A model generated the notes under the pieces. That model did no database searches and was not told the origin of the DNA. It saw only the letters and a program-made list of their open reading frames with translations. DNA of 64,000 nucleotides from sequence record OR525701.1. One strand, given 5' to 3'. The stretch is from Escherichia phage vB-Eco-KMB38. The position numbers and the translations under genes are program-made. This document shows, one piece after another, positions 19,676-28,903 of the stretch; positions within the stretch are counted from its first letter, which is position 1, and the number at the start of each line of letters is the position of its first letter.

Positions 19676-21762
19676 TATCCTTGGAAAAATTTAAACGGAA
19701 CTGATTCTAAATCCATTAAAGATGCTAACAATTCCAAACCTTTAGGTGCACTAGTTTTTTCTACAAATGAGGAGAACGATACCAGCTCATCAGATTCGAT
19801 TTCACCCGTCATAGCGACCACCTCGCCTGTTTCCATGAGAACATCACCATCGTAAATGACAGCTTCATCTAACTGGTCTGAAGACATGACTTCAGCTTGA
19901 ATAAATTTAAGGTTGGATTCTAAACCTGCACCAGTGTCAGATGACGCATCTGTAATTTTATTTATCTGCAAGAGAATGCCTCTAGGCAAAATAATTTCTT
20001 GCTCATTAGGGTGATTACTCAACTGTCCTGGATAAATCACGTTAACTTTATGGGCGCCATCAATAGCCCATCCAACGTTAACACGGATTTGTTCTGGCGC
20101 ATGCATAGCTGTTCTTACTTGACTAGGAGAAATAGTAACACCTTCGTCATTATTGTCAATGTTAAGCTCTTTGCGAACTTCTTCAGGAGCAAGTCCAAGG
20201 GCAACGTTCTCTTTAAACCCACCGAAAATAATAGGAGCTAGTGAAGTGGAAACATAGTTTCTGAAGTAGAATACCTTATTTTTAACCATTGCTTCGTAAA
20301 TAGGCATTCTGATAGACTGAGCTCTATATAACGTTAGACCTTCAGGTAAACGATCTCCATTTAAAAACGCCGAATCAAGACCATCAATAGCGCGTTTAAC
20401 TTCATCTTCATCTGCAACATCGTAAAAATCTGGTTTATAACGACCTAACAACATATTATTGATATCTGTATATGCAGAAGAGGCATATTCACGAATAGCT
20501 CGTTTTTCAGCAACAGAGTATTGTTTAGGGTCACGATTCATTGTTATATTAAAGGTGCCTCTAGCTGATTCTCGTGCATAAGTATACATCACATTAGACA
20601 AGAACGCTGATTTACGTTGTTTCCAAGTTCTTTCAGATACTTCAGCTAAAACGTCGTCAGGCAGTTGGAAATTATCACGTCTAAAATCTTCAAACCATTC
20701 GTCTTTAATAGAGTCTGCAATTTCATTTGCAGCTTCAACAAAAGCAGCTAATGCTTTAACAGATGTTGTTTTTTCGGTTTTAATTTTCTTAGCAAACTTT
20801 TCTAAAGTCGGCTTAATAACACTACCATAAGAAACTTCATCGGCAAATTTAAAGGATTCATCAATACGATTATAAATCTTATTTTCGATATCAGCAACTA
20901 AAGTGCCTTTTGCTGTGGACGATGCTTGGGCTAGTACGATTTCATATGCTTCAGGAAGTAATTCGGCTGTAGCCGGGCCACTAACTTCTTTAGCAGAATT
21001 TTCGTATTTCTGGAATAACTCACCTTCTTGACGGTCAGCTTCTAAAGATTGACTTGCTGCAATAGCACGACGAGAAATTTTAGTGCGAGCAATAACAGGC
21101 TTATCTTTACGTTTTTCTTCTACCGCGGCAATAGAACCAGCGATAGCCGTTTCTTTGGTGACCTTTTCACCGGTCTTTTTACTCACATAAACTTCGCCAA
21201 CATCAGAATCTACTTTCGTGTACAACTCTGTGTTAATGTTAGGGATGCCTTTAATATCTTCAATGTTGGCATTTTTACGAACCATCATCACATAGGTGTG
21301 TTTACCTGTGAATTGATACATTGCCGACAATACTTTAAAACGACCACCGGTTTTAGTAGAAACTAAACGAGCAAGAAGAGTTTGAAGCTGCTGTCCACGT
21401 CCTTTCAATTTCTTGGTAGGGAATCTGAACAGAACCGCATCCATACGAAGAGCTTTAACCTGTTCATATACTGTATTGAAAATGGTGTTGATTGCATCAA
21501 TAGGAGCAGGACCAAGGCCGTTTTTCAATTCAGCGAGATTACCCTTTTCAGACAGACTCATAATAACAACATGGGCATATTTGTCGCCAAGTTTAACTTG
21601 TTTTACAGCATCGCCTTCAGAAAGGTAAGAGAATAAGCGAACTACGATGTTTGTATCGATATCACCAATTTTCCAGACTTGTGGAACTTTAGCTTTAGGG
21701 TTCAAATTGACGACAGGAAGACTGCCTTCAGATTCAAACACTTCATTTAATTGTTCAGACAT
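19675..21762 (-). CDS. alt: Alt ADP-ribosyltransferase (packaged, modifies host RNA polymerase)
   Basis: 695 aa (T4 Alt 682 aa); position between gene 54 and ligase; N-terminus MSEQLNEVFESEGSLP. Confidence 0.88.
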   Translation of the reverse strand: MSEQLNEVFESEGSLPVVNLNPKAKVPQVWKIGDIDTNIVVRLFSYLSEGDAVKQVKLGDKYAHVVIMSLSEKGNLAELKNGLGPAPIDAINTIFNTVYEQVKALRMDAVLFRFPTKKLKGRGQQLQTLLARLVSTKTGGRFKVLSAMYQFTGKHTYVMMVRKNANIEDIKGIPNINTELYTKVDSDVGEVYVSKKTGEKVTKETAIAGSIAAVEEKRKDKPVIARTKISRRAIAASQSLEADRQEGELFQKYENSAKEVSGPATAELLPEAYEIVLAQASSTAKGTLVADIENKIYNRIDESFKFADEVSYGSVIKPTLEKFAKKIKTEKTTSVKALAAFVEAANEIADSIKDEWFEDFRRDNFQLPDDVLAEVSERTWKQRKSAFLSNVMYTYARESARGTFNITMNRDPKQYSVAEKRAIREYASSAYTDINNMLLGRYKPDFYDVADEDEVKRAIDGLDSAFLNGDRLPEGLTLYRAQSIRMPIYEAMVKNKVFYFRNYVSTSLAPIIFGGFKENVALGLAPEEVRKELNIDNNDEGVTISPSQVRTAMHAPEQIRVNVGWAIDGAHKVNVIYPGQLSNHPNEQEIILPRGILLQINKITDASSDTGAGLESNLKFIQAEVMSSDQLDEAVIYDGDVLMETGEVVAMTGEIESDELVSFSSFVEKTSAPKGLELLASLMDLESVPFKFFQG

Positions 21763-21802
21763 AGTGTTTTCCTTTTAGTAATAATTTATATTTATGCCAA
21801 AA

Positions 21803-21818
21803 AGAGCCCGAAGGCTCT
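21803..21818 (-). terminator. terminator hairpin upstream of alt
   Basis: AGAGCC-CGAA-GGCTCT; rc followed by TTTTT. Confidence 0.6.
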
Positions 21819-22006
21819 TAATCCACAATCGGGAGCAAAGTACGATAAACTTCAAAATTAGGGCCTTTTTCATACCCATCAACGTTATCTACGAAAACCC
21901 GATACGAATTTTCATTAGGAAAATCTAATATAATCTGAGAGCAAGAGGTGGAAACATCTCCACCATCCTTCTTAGCTACAATAACTGTTTCTAAATAAGC
22001 TTTCAT
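21818..22006 (-). CDS. hypothetical protein, about 62 aa from ATG 22006
   Basis: ORF track start 22027 is a GTG; the first ATG overlaps the ligase stop. Confidence 0.4.
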   Translation of the reverse strand: MKAYLETVIVAKKDGGDVSTSCSQIILDFPNENSYRVFVDNVDGYEKGPNFEVYRTLLPIVD

Positions 22007-23499
22007 TATAAACCTGTCTGGGACCACGGTCCAAATACATCTTCAAACGAATCCGCTTCTGTTTTATCAAAACGGAACCCTTTAATAATTGGAAGGAAAA
22101 TACCTACAGTACCTTCACGGCCTTTAGAATGAACCCAACCATTACATTCACAATCAGCGATACGTCCAATTAATTTACCTTCACGAGCTTCGGCCATTAA
22201 TCGTTCACGGTCTAAATCATGACGCTCGTCTAAAGGAATAAGAACCTTTACACCGTCAACTGTTTTATGAGTTGTATCTTTAAAACCTGAACCACAATCG
22301 GTTGTAATACGACGACAACGTGATACGAGTTCGACACCACCTAATTTGTTAGGGACTTTAGAGTGTTCATAGTATCCTACAACTTCTAAAGCGATATCAA
22401 TAACTTCTTTAAATTTAATTAAATTCTTAGAGCGTTTGTTTTCCCAATATGAATCACGGTTTTTAAGGATAATACCTTCAAGACCTTGGTCAACATATTT
22501 TTTATAAACCACTTTAGCTTCGTCAAGATTACGAACTAACTGATTTTCAATTGGCTCAATTCGCTTAAAGCCTTCAGCCATATTTTCAAGAGCAGCAAAA
22601 CGAACATCGTATTTCTGACCTTTAATTTTGCCGTCAGAATAGACTTCATCTAAAGGAACATAGTCCCAGGCTTGAAGAACCATACCTTCCGCTTCTTTAG
22701 GAGAAATAGTCCCTTGAAGAGATTTATTTGCTAAACCGTTTGAAGTGCTACGGTCTGCAACTTGTACTTCTTCGGATTCTTCATTATCACCAAATAAGAA
22801 CGACAGGTCATTTCCTGAGCTCACAGCCTTTTTAATATCAAATGAATGATAAACTAATTCACCGTCGATTAAAACCCCATTAGGGTGTCTTTCACGAGCT
22901 TCTTTAGTCATTTCCATTAGTTCATCCGCTAATAGAGTAAGACCGTGGTATTCGTTACCGGCACGAGAAAAGAATTGAACACCATCATCGCGAACTTCAG
23001 CGAAACAACGAGCACCATCGGCTTTTAATTGAGCAAATGCGGGCCATTTAATATTTTTAGTAATCAATTTCTCGTCATATGCAGATGCTAACATCTGTGG
23101 CTGCAATTGAATAAGTCCAGGCCACACCTTATTCGCGATAGACACTGAAGCACCTACTTCAAGGTCGCGCATCATTACACGACGAAGGACTTCTACATCA
23201 TCAGGTTTACCATCAGCGATATAACCCATGAGCTCTTTAATTGCCGCATTACCGGTGAGTTTACGAGTGGCTAATGTGAACTCAATAAAATCCAACATGT
23301 CATCTAATTCAAGAAGACCATATGCTTGAGACCTTTCACCTGGTCCTGGCCATTTCTTAATATAATACTGGATACCACGTGCATATGTTAAACGATACAC
23401 ACGTTCAAGTAATTTGTTGTCCTTATTTTTCTTAAGGATTTCTTGTTTTGTTTTAGTAGAACCGATCGCAGCTATTTGGTTTAAAATATCTAAAATCAT
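22006..23499 (-). CDS. 30: ATP-dependent DNA ligase gp30
   Basis: 497 aa; N-terminus MILDILNQIAAIGSTKTKQEILKKNKDN and adenylylation motif KADGAR as in T4 DNA ligase. Confidence 0.96.
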   Translation of the reverse strand: MILDILNQIAAIGSTKTKQEILKKNKDNKLLERVYRLTYARGIQYYIKKWPGPGERSQAYGLLELDDMLDFIEFTLATRKLTGNAAIKELMGYIADGKPDDVEVLRRVMMRDLEVGASVSIANKVWPGLIQLQPQMLASAYDEKLITKNIKWPAFAQLKADGARCFAEVRDDGVQFFSRAGNEYHGLTLLADELMEMTKEARERHPNGVLIDGELVYHSFDIKKAVSSGNDLSFLFGDNEESEEVQVADRSTSNGLANKSLQGTISPKEAEGMVLQAWDYVPLDEVYSDGKIKGQKYDVRFAALENMAEGFKRIEPIENQLVRNLDEAKVVYKKYVDQGLEGIILKNRDSYWENKRSKNLIKFKEVIDIALEVVGYYEHSKVPNKLGGVELVSRCRRITTDCGSGFKDTTHKTVDGVKVLIPLDERHDLDRERLMAEAREGKLIGRIADCECNGWVHSKGREGTVGIFLPIIKGFRFDKTEADSFEDVFGPWSQTGL

Positions 23500-23765
23500 T
23501 TGATGTCCTCGATTTTGGTTACGGTTCTATTATAAGCCACTTCATCTAGAAGCGATTTCAGCGTTTTCTGATAAGTGGTAATCCGTTTACCGAGTCCTTC
23601 AACGTAGTATTCTGAAATGTAGATGAACCCTTGTTCAACACACTCTTTAAATATTTCTGCGTCTTTTACTGAACGAAACAATGGCCAGTCTCGAAAGAAC
23701 ATGTTAACGTGACCGTAGTCACGCGTTGTGTTTTTACCATCTGTAATATCATGAACTACAAACAT
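23496..23765 (-). CDS. hypothetical protein 89 aa (30.1-like)
   Basis: ATG start, overlaps ligase start by 4 nt; synteny. Confidence 0.6.
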   Translation of the reverse strand: MFVVHDITDGKNTTRDYGHVNMFFRDWPLFRSVKDAEIFKECVEQGFIYISEYYVEGLGKRITTYQKTLKSLLDEVAYNRTVTKIEDIK

Positions 23766-23774
23766 AAGTATCCC

Positions 23775-24590
23775 TTAACAATTTATAGACCAAGTCCATT
23801 TAGACGAATCTAAAGGAAAGTTTTGAATCGTCCACCATGGCCGCATATCAGTTGGTCCTGGGGTTCGCCAGGTATACGGATTCGACGGACCACCAATTTG
23901 ATTAGGCCATGCACCTGGACTTGTTGCACCAGATTCTTTAAGCAAATCCGCCAATCGTTTTAAAAGGTCTTCACGATCTGAATCTGAATTATGCTCGGGT
24001 GGAACCAAACGAGATTCAATATCATCCCACGTGTGTACACGTTGTGCAGTGCGAGGAATATCATCACGTTCACCACGAGCCAACCAATAAATCGGTACAT
24101 TAAGAATTTCTGCCGCATGGTCACAATGATGAGCTAAATCGTCAATGTAACAAATCACGTTATATTTTGTTTTAGCTAGTTCGAATAATTGTTCCTTTGA
24201 AGAATCATGACCACACATCATTACTTCAGAGAAAGCGCCAGGGAACAAAGCGTTCAAATTAAATTGTCTATTCAATCGAGCATCAATTGAATCACCTAGC
24301 GCCGTCACGGCTACAAAATTATAGTCTTCTTTTAGTTTATTGATAACTCGAAGAGCATCCGAATAAGGCGCTAAGTAACGAATAAAATCAGAGCGATTAT
24401 ATTTTTCTATTAATTGTTTACCGAGGTTATCATCGGTATTGAATAGTTTACCAGGAGAAATAAATTTTTCGTCCTGAATCATTTTTAAAATATGTTCTAA
24501 TGGAAGATTATATTTTTGGGCAAAATAAGGAAGTCCAGATTGCCAGCTTAAACATACACCATCAATATCAGTCAAAATAGTAGGCTTCAT
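23775..24590 (-). CDS. HAD-superfamily-like hydrolase (30.2-like) with Pro/Trp-rich C-terminal tail
   Basis: N-terminal ILTDIDGV (HAD motif I DxDG) and later YIDD; 271 aa. Confidence 0.65.
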   Translation of the reverse strand: MKPTILTDIDGVCLSWQSGLPYFAQKYNLPLEHILKMIQDEKFISPGKLFNTDDNLGKQLIEKYNRSDFIRYLAPYSDALRVINKLKEDYNFVAVTALGDSIDARLNRQFNLNALFPGAFSEVMMCGHDSSKEQLFELAKTKYNVICYIDDLAHHCDHAAEILNVPIYWLARGERDDIPRTAQRVHTWDDIESRLVPPEHNSDSDREDLLKRLADLLKESGATSPGAWPNQIGGPSNPYTWRTPGPTDMRPWWTIQNFPLDSSKWTWSINC

Positions 24591-25045
24591 AAAGAGTCTC
24601 TTAATAGGTTTAACACATCAATAAATTCAGCTTCGGTTAATATTGTATCATCTTTTGTTAGGTGGCTGGCCATGCTGTGCTTCAAAATTTTTCCTTTCGA
24701 AGCCTGTAATGCATCACGAAACCCCTTGTTTTGGATCGCTGCTTCAAAATATGCATTTGTGTATAATTCTTTCCACGCTTCAGAGTATCTTGAAAATGGA
24801 ACTCCTAACCAGAAGAGAGTCCCATGGTCCTGAGCTCTTGCATAAGACCTTCCTGCTTGCTGTGCAGCCAATCCAGACAACCCAAATATACGTCTTTGTT
24901 GTTCAACATTTTTCACCTTACATCCTTGGAGAAATCCTTCAAGACCTCCGAATTGAATACCATCCATAACAAAAGGCCATTGAGCAAAGTTACTTAATGC
25001 ACATGACGGCCATCTAAAATTGCTTCTAATCTCTAACTCAGACAT
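24587..25045 (-). CDS. NADAR/YbiA-like (DUF1768) domain protein (30.3-like)
   Basis: LSNFAQWPFVMDGIQF...LEGFLQGCKV resembles the YbiA FSNFAAWPIKVDGKTW...SEHYFQAQKF core; start set at ATG 25045 (track start 25054 is a GTG). Confidence 0.6.
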   Translation of the reverse strand: MSELEIRSNFRWPSCALSNFAQWPFVMDGIQFGGLEGFLQGCKVKNVEQQRRIFGLSGLAAQQAGRSYARAQDHGTLFWLGVPFSRYSEAWKELYTNAYFEAAIQNKGFRDALQASKGKILKHSMASHLTKDDTILTEAEFIDVLNLLRDSL

Positions 25046-25250
25046 CTTTAACACTTATAATTTCAACATCAGCCCAATGTCCATAAGCCGGTAGACGGTC
25101 TTCAATAGATAAACCACCGTCATTTTTAAGCATTTTAATTGTCTTGATATATGGTTCATCTTGTGGATGAATAGGCGAGCAGTCAGTCACACGATAAGTA
25201 ACTTCGACCATTTCTGTACCTAACAATTTCTGAATTAATTTCTTTAACAT
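25038..25250 (-). CDS. hypothetical protein 70 aa
   Basis: ATG start; compact operon arrangement. Confidence 0.5.
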   Translation of the reverse strand: MLKKLIQKLLGTEMVEVTYRVTDCSPIHPQDEPYIKTIKMLKNDGGLSIEDRLPAYGHWADVEIISVKDV

Positions 25251-25251
25251 A

Positions 25252-25446
25252 TTATCCTCGCTTTAAAGATTTGATTACAGACAGTTCACCACCCATGCGA
25301 ACGTCTTCAGTTCCATCGACCCATAGGACGGTGTAGGCTTCTTTAATAGTAGAATTACCTAATTTAAAAGCAGGTAAAACCTTTGAAATCATACCAGGAA
25401 TACCTATACCTTTTAACTGAACGGTTTGTGATAAGAATAGTTGCAT
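25252..25446 (-). CDS. hypothetical protein 64 aa
   Basis: ATG start; 1-nt spacing to neighbours. Confidence 0.5.
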   Translation of the reverse strand: MQLFLSQTVQLKGIGIPGMISKVLPAFKLGNSTIKEAYTVLWVDGTEDVRMGGELSVIKSLKRG

Positions 25447-25766
25447 TAGAACCTCATCTGAAAGCCGTGCGATTTAACATTACCGCCATAAATGTCAGAG
25501 GTATTGACTTCACGTGCGGCGCTAGGGTCGATGTTAATATCATGGCTGAGCTTAGTGATTGCTAAGGTATCACGACCGTTAACAGTACGGAATTCTACCG
25601 GGCACACGACATCAGCATAAGCCTTAATGGATTCACGAGTAGGTTGTTTGTCGACAGGAACGTCTTTACCCGCTTTAGAGAAAACAACTTCACAGAAATT
25701 TTTACGAGTATCAAAATAAGTGGTCATAAACATAATATTTTCCTCAAAGGAGGCCGAAGCCTCCAT
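25446..25766 (-). CDS. hypothetical protein 106 aa (alternative start at 25733 after GAGGAAAA gives 95 aa)
   Basis: ORF in track; GGAGGC-CGAA-GCCTCC hairpin 25749-25764 lies at its 5' end. Confidence 0.5.
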   Translation of the reverse strand: MEASASFEENIMFMTTYFDTRKNFCEVVFSKAGKDVPVDKQPTRESIKAYADVVCPVEFRTVNGRDTLAITKLSHDINIDPSAAREVNTSDIYGGNVKSHGFQMRF

Positions 25767-25774
25767 TTTTAAGA

Positions 25775-26140
25775 TTAGATATCAAATTCGTTAAGAACTA
25801 CATCAAAGATTGCTTCGAGATGTTCAGGTTTAGCTCGGTTACTCAGGATATGACGAATCCAAGTTTTAACCAGAAGTTTACGATTAACACCATTCCAGCA
25901 AGGATGAGTACCTAAATCACGCTGACGGAAATCATCATCTAATGCAATTTTAAAATTTGAACCTTCCATCGTGATTGAAACCGTGATACCATTTTCAAAT
26001 CGCATATAAACGTAATTAGGAGTCATGCACTGTTCGATTTCACAAACTGTACCGTTTTCGTGTTTCCATAAGCAAATAACTTCAGAAGAACCAGCAATAC
26101 CGTTAGAAACATATTTGCGTTCGAAGTTGATGTAGTTCAT
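25775..26140 (-). CDS. hypothetical protein 121 aa, paralog of the adjacent 122-aa ORF
   Basis: Shared CMTP motif and similar length with ORF 26215-26583; own promoter cassette. Confidence 0.6.
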   Translation of the reverse strand: MNYINFERKYVSNGIAGSSEVICLWKHENGTVCEIEQCMTPNYVYMRFENGITVSITMEGSNFKIALDDDFRQRDLGTHPCWNGVNRKLLVKTWIRHILSNRAKPEHLEAIFDVVLNEFDI

Positions 26141-26168
26141 TTTATTCTCCAGATGTTTAAGTTGTTTA

Positions 26169-26210
26169 TTGGTACAGGTCTATAATAACATAACCTGTAC
26201 CAAAGTAAAC
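26169..26210 (-). promoter_or_regulatory. early promoter with stem-loop (PeSL-like cassette)
   Basis: -35 GTTTAC (rc of 26205-26210), -10 TATTAT; 10-bp perfect inverted repeat TTGGTACAGG / CCTGTACCAA brackets the -10. Confidence 0.55.
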
Positions 26211-26214
26211 TGTT

Positions 26215-26583
26215 TTATGCAACTTTAATCCAATTGTCTAAATTTAAAACACCTTTGGCTTTCATTTTTTCGATCAGGTTATCTGCTGTAATGCGTCCAT
26301 TTTGATACCATGTAACATCTTCAGAGTAACCAGTTTCTTCGTCAACATATGTTTCTGAACGAATTTTACCGGTAATAATAGTTTTTAATTCGTATGTGTC
26401 ACCTGTGAAAAAGTTTGCTAACACAATTTTCCAAGAGAAATCATCAGAAGGACCTTCAGGGGTCATACAACTTACGATCTCAAATTGCTCTTTGTATAAC
26501 ATCCACTGGAATTCTTTAATTTCGATAGCTTTATAACCGTCGTGGTCTTTACATTTGATGTATGAGTTCAGATTGATTTTCAT
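26215..26583 (-). CDS. hypothetical protein 122 aa, paralog of ORF 25775-26140
   Basis: ATG start with GGAG RBS; own early promoter upstream. Confidence 0.6.
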   Translation of the reverse strand: MKINLNSYIKCKDHDGYKAIEIKEFQWMLYKEQFEIVSCMTPEGPSDDFSWKIVLANFFTGDTYELKTIITGKIRSETYVDEETGYSEDVTWYQNGRITADNLIEKMKAKGVLNLDNWIKVA

Positions 26584-26625
26584 TTTGTTCTCCAGGTTGT
26601 TTTATTGATTAGGTGGTACAAGTCT

Positions 26626-26654
26626 ATAGTAACACATCCTACAGGAGAGTAAAC
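26626..26654 (-). promoter_or_regulatory. early promoter GTTTAC-N17-TACTAT
   Basis: rc GTTTACtctcctgtaggatgtgtTACTAT upstream of ORF 26215-26583. Confidence 0.55.
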
Positions 26655-26690
26655 ATCTTTTTAAACTTTTTCTGCCCTAAACGCACAAAA

Positions 26691-26708
26691 GGGAGACCGA
26701 AGTCTCCC
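26691..26708 (-). terminator. intrinsic terminator
   Basis: GGGAGAC-CGAA-GTCTCCC; rc followed by UUUU. Confidence 0.75.
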
Positions 26709-26713
26709 TAAAA

Positions 26714-26893
26714 TTATGCAACAACCTTTCCAAAACGAGAAGCATCATCTCGAAGAACTGCACGTGCTCTGCGCATGATCTTCTCAACGGTTTGATTAAT
26801 ACGAGAGTTCGACCCACGCTTGTATCCAGCGCGTTTAGAGGTACCATCAACTTTCTTTTCAACTGCTTTCTTTGCTTTAGCTTGTTTTGCCAT
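26714..26893 (-). CDS. small basic protein 59 aa (MAKQAKAKKAVEKK...), not in the ORF track
   Basis: ATG with AAAGAG RBS, ends 1 nt before the terminator hairpin; Lys/Arg-rich. Confidence 0.45.
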   Translation of the reverse strand: MAKQAKAKKAVEKKVDGTSKRAGYKRGSNSRINQTVEKIMRRARAVLRDDASRFGKVVA

Positions 26894-27212
26894 TATAAAT
26901 TCTCTTTAAATGAAAATGCAGGACTTATTGACATTGCCTGCGCAAGCCCTCAAGGGGAACATAGGTTTTGAATATTTACCGACAGGATAACCATAAACCC
27001 GTCATCATACTTATAACTCTTATCTGTTGCACACCGTTAGCTTAAAGGTTCCGGGTTCGATTTCTCGAGGATAAGATATATACTGATGGATATATAGGCC
27101 TTGAGGCGTACTCCCGATCGGCCATCACCTCGGGGTAGCATGCACTTGCCGCTATAAGAATAACATTCAAGAGGTACACCGTAAAAATTGCCGGGGCGAT
27201 ACTTCAAAAACA

Positions 27213-27232
27213 TATCGATTCGTAAATCGATA
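27213..27232 (-). terminator. terminator hairpin downstream of rIII
   Basis: TATCGATT-CGTA-AATCGATA hairpin; rc followed by UUUUU. Confidence 0.55.
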
Positions 27233-27260
27233 ATCAGACAATTTCGACGGCTCCTCGATT

Positions 27261-27509
27261 TTACTTCAGGGTAATAACAAAATGACGAACTGCTTTACGT
27301 GCGGCAGAAGCCAGAGGCTTAGCATATTTCAATTCATCTTTAGCTTCCAGTTCAGCAGCCAGAGTAGCCTGAGCAGGATTCAGATGTTTGAAATATCGCA
27401 GGATTTCCAGTGCTTCGGCTTCAACATCAATTGACGCACCGTAGTTTTCGTGACCGTTATTCCATGCGTTGCGTTGCAGTTCAAGAGCGTGTTGTAATTG
27501 TTTAATCAT
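27261..27509 (-). CDS. rIII: rIII lysis-inhibition accessory protein
   Basis: 82 aa, MIKQLQHALELQRNAWNNGHENYG..., same length and N-terminus as T4 rIII. Confidence 0.9.
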   Translation of the reverse strand: MIKQLQHALELQRNAWNNGHENYGASIDVEAEALEILRYFKHLNPAQATLAAELEAKDELKYAKPLASAARKAVRHFVITLK

Positions 27510-27633
27510 TTTAAATTCTCAATTCGAGATAATATTTAGTAGCCACGTTCGTCTGAATTTCACCTTCTTTCGACAGGTCTCTCAGTTGTAGGCTACCGCT
27601 TAGAAGAGTGTTCTCTTCATATAGTTATTTATA

Positions 27634-27966
27634 TCACTTATAAAGACACGGAATAGCTTTATAGTGGCATGTTACGAATTTCTGTTTAATTTCTTTAGGT
27701 TGCTTAAGACCTAAAGCCACAAATGGATGTGGAACATTTCGAATTTGTCCAACTGGTAGTGGAGTCAAATCACCGACTTCAACAAAACCTTCAGGAACAT
27801 CAGGACCTACAGAATGAACTACACATAGTTCAGGAACTTCACCTTGAACACGTTTGCCAATCACGAGTCCTGATTCGGTAACTTCTTCATCACCAGCTTG
27901 AGCGGGTTCAGAAACCAGAATGACATATTCACCAACAGCACGAATTGGGAGTTGTACTTCAGACAT
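27634..27966 (-). CDS. 31: co-chaperonin gp31 (GroES analogue)
   Basis: 110 aa (T4 gp31 111 aa); synteny rIII-31-cd. Confidence 0.9.
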   Translation of the reverse strand: MSEVQLPIRAVGEYVILVSEPAQAGDEEVTESGLVIGKRVQGEVPELCVVHSVGPDVPEGFVEVGDLTPLPVGQIRNVPHPFVALGLKQPKEIKQKFVTCHYKAIPCLYK

Positions 27967-28023
27967 CTTATTTCCTTGTTGTTTGACGATAGATTAATAA
28001 TACCATACTATTCGTAAAGCATA

Positions 28024-28320
28024 TTACATAAGAAGCAAACGTTCTACCGGAGTACCATCAACCGAAATTACCTTATCAAGGCGGAAAGAACGCCACTGAC
28101 CTAACTCGGTATCGAATGCTCGAACTGATTCACGAGGTTCATAACGAACTTCTGTTGCCGGATTGTTATTTTCATATTTGACTTCAAGTTCATCGCGGGA
28201 GGCAAACATCGTACGAACATCACCGTTAGCCTTTTCAAATACAACACAATGAACGCCTACAGACAGAATAGTTTTAATACGTTCACGAAGAACCATAGTT
28301 TCTTGTTCAGTTAAAATCAT
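28024..28320 (-). CDS. hypothetical protein (31.1-like), 98 aa from ATG 28320
   Basis: Track start 28332 is a GTG; the ATG at 28320 overlaps the cd stop. Confidence 0.55.
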   Translation of the reverse strand: MILTEQETMVLRERIKTILSVGVHCVVFEKANGDVRTMFASRDELEVKYENNNPATEVRYEPRESVRAFDTELGQWRSFRLDKVISVDGTPVERLLLM

Positions 28321-28321
28321 A

Positions 28322-28903
28322 TTATTCACCACAAAAGTTTCGGATTTGTTCCCAATTCAGAGAACGAAGATTATTACGAGAGTACTGAATTACTTCAATA
28401 CCAGCTTGTTTTAGAATGTCGGCCCAATTTTCAGGAGATCTGTCATATAATTCTGCGTATACAACCTTTTTAATACCTGACTGCGTGATAGCTTTAGTGC
28501 AATCAGGGCATGGAGAAAGCGTAGTATATAACGTAGCACCTTCAATAGAATTACCTTTACGAGCTGCAAACAAAATTGCATTCAGTTCCGCATGGATTTC
28601 GTTATTAGCAGACCATGCACTATGAGCGGCCCGATGTTCTTTAGCCAAAACAAAATTATCTGCCCGTCCAAATGCTGTAGTGCCTTCTTTATGTCCAGCA
28701 ACGATGACTGGGATTGGTTTATTCTTCAACCAACCATTTTCAGATGCATGTTCACAACAGTTAACACCGCCTGAAGGAGAGCCATTATATCCAGTAGAGA
28801 TAATGCGTCCATCTTTTTCAATGACGGCACCAACTTTCCATGAACAACATTTTGATTCTTGAGAAATCAAATAAGCAATTTGAAGATATGTGCTAGCTTT
28901 CAT
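28322..28903 (-). CDS. cd: dCMP deaminase
   Basis: 193 aa as T4 Cd; zinc-binding motifs HAE and PCxxC (cytidine/deoxycytidylate deaminase fold). Confidence 0.95.
   Translation of the reverse strand: MKASTYLQIAYLISQESKCCSWKVGAVIEKDGRIISTGYNGSPSGGVNCCEHASENGWLKNKPIPVIVAGHKEGTTAFGRADNFVLAKEHRAAHSAWSANNEIHAELNAILFAARKGNSIEGATLYTTLSPCPDCTKAITQSGIKKVVYAELYDRSPENWADILKQAGIEVIQYSRNNLRSLNWEQIRNFCGE

Noticed and set aside
27040-27075. tRNA-like T-loop motif GGTTCCGGGTTCGATTTC in the non-coding gap
   Set aside because: Flanking sequence cannot be folded into acceptor, D and anticodon arms on either strand; no cloverleaf, so not called as tRNA.
27030-27204. 59-codon - strand ORF (MFLKYRPGNFYGVPLECYSY...) inside the rIII-downstream gap
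   Set aside because: Its ATG lies within the terminator hairpin, there is no RBS, and the composition is odd; more likely non-coding.
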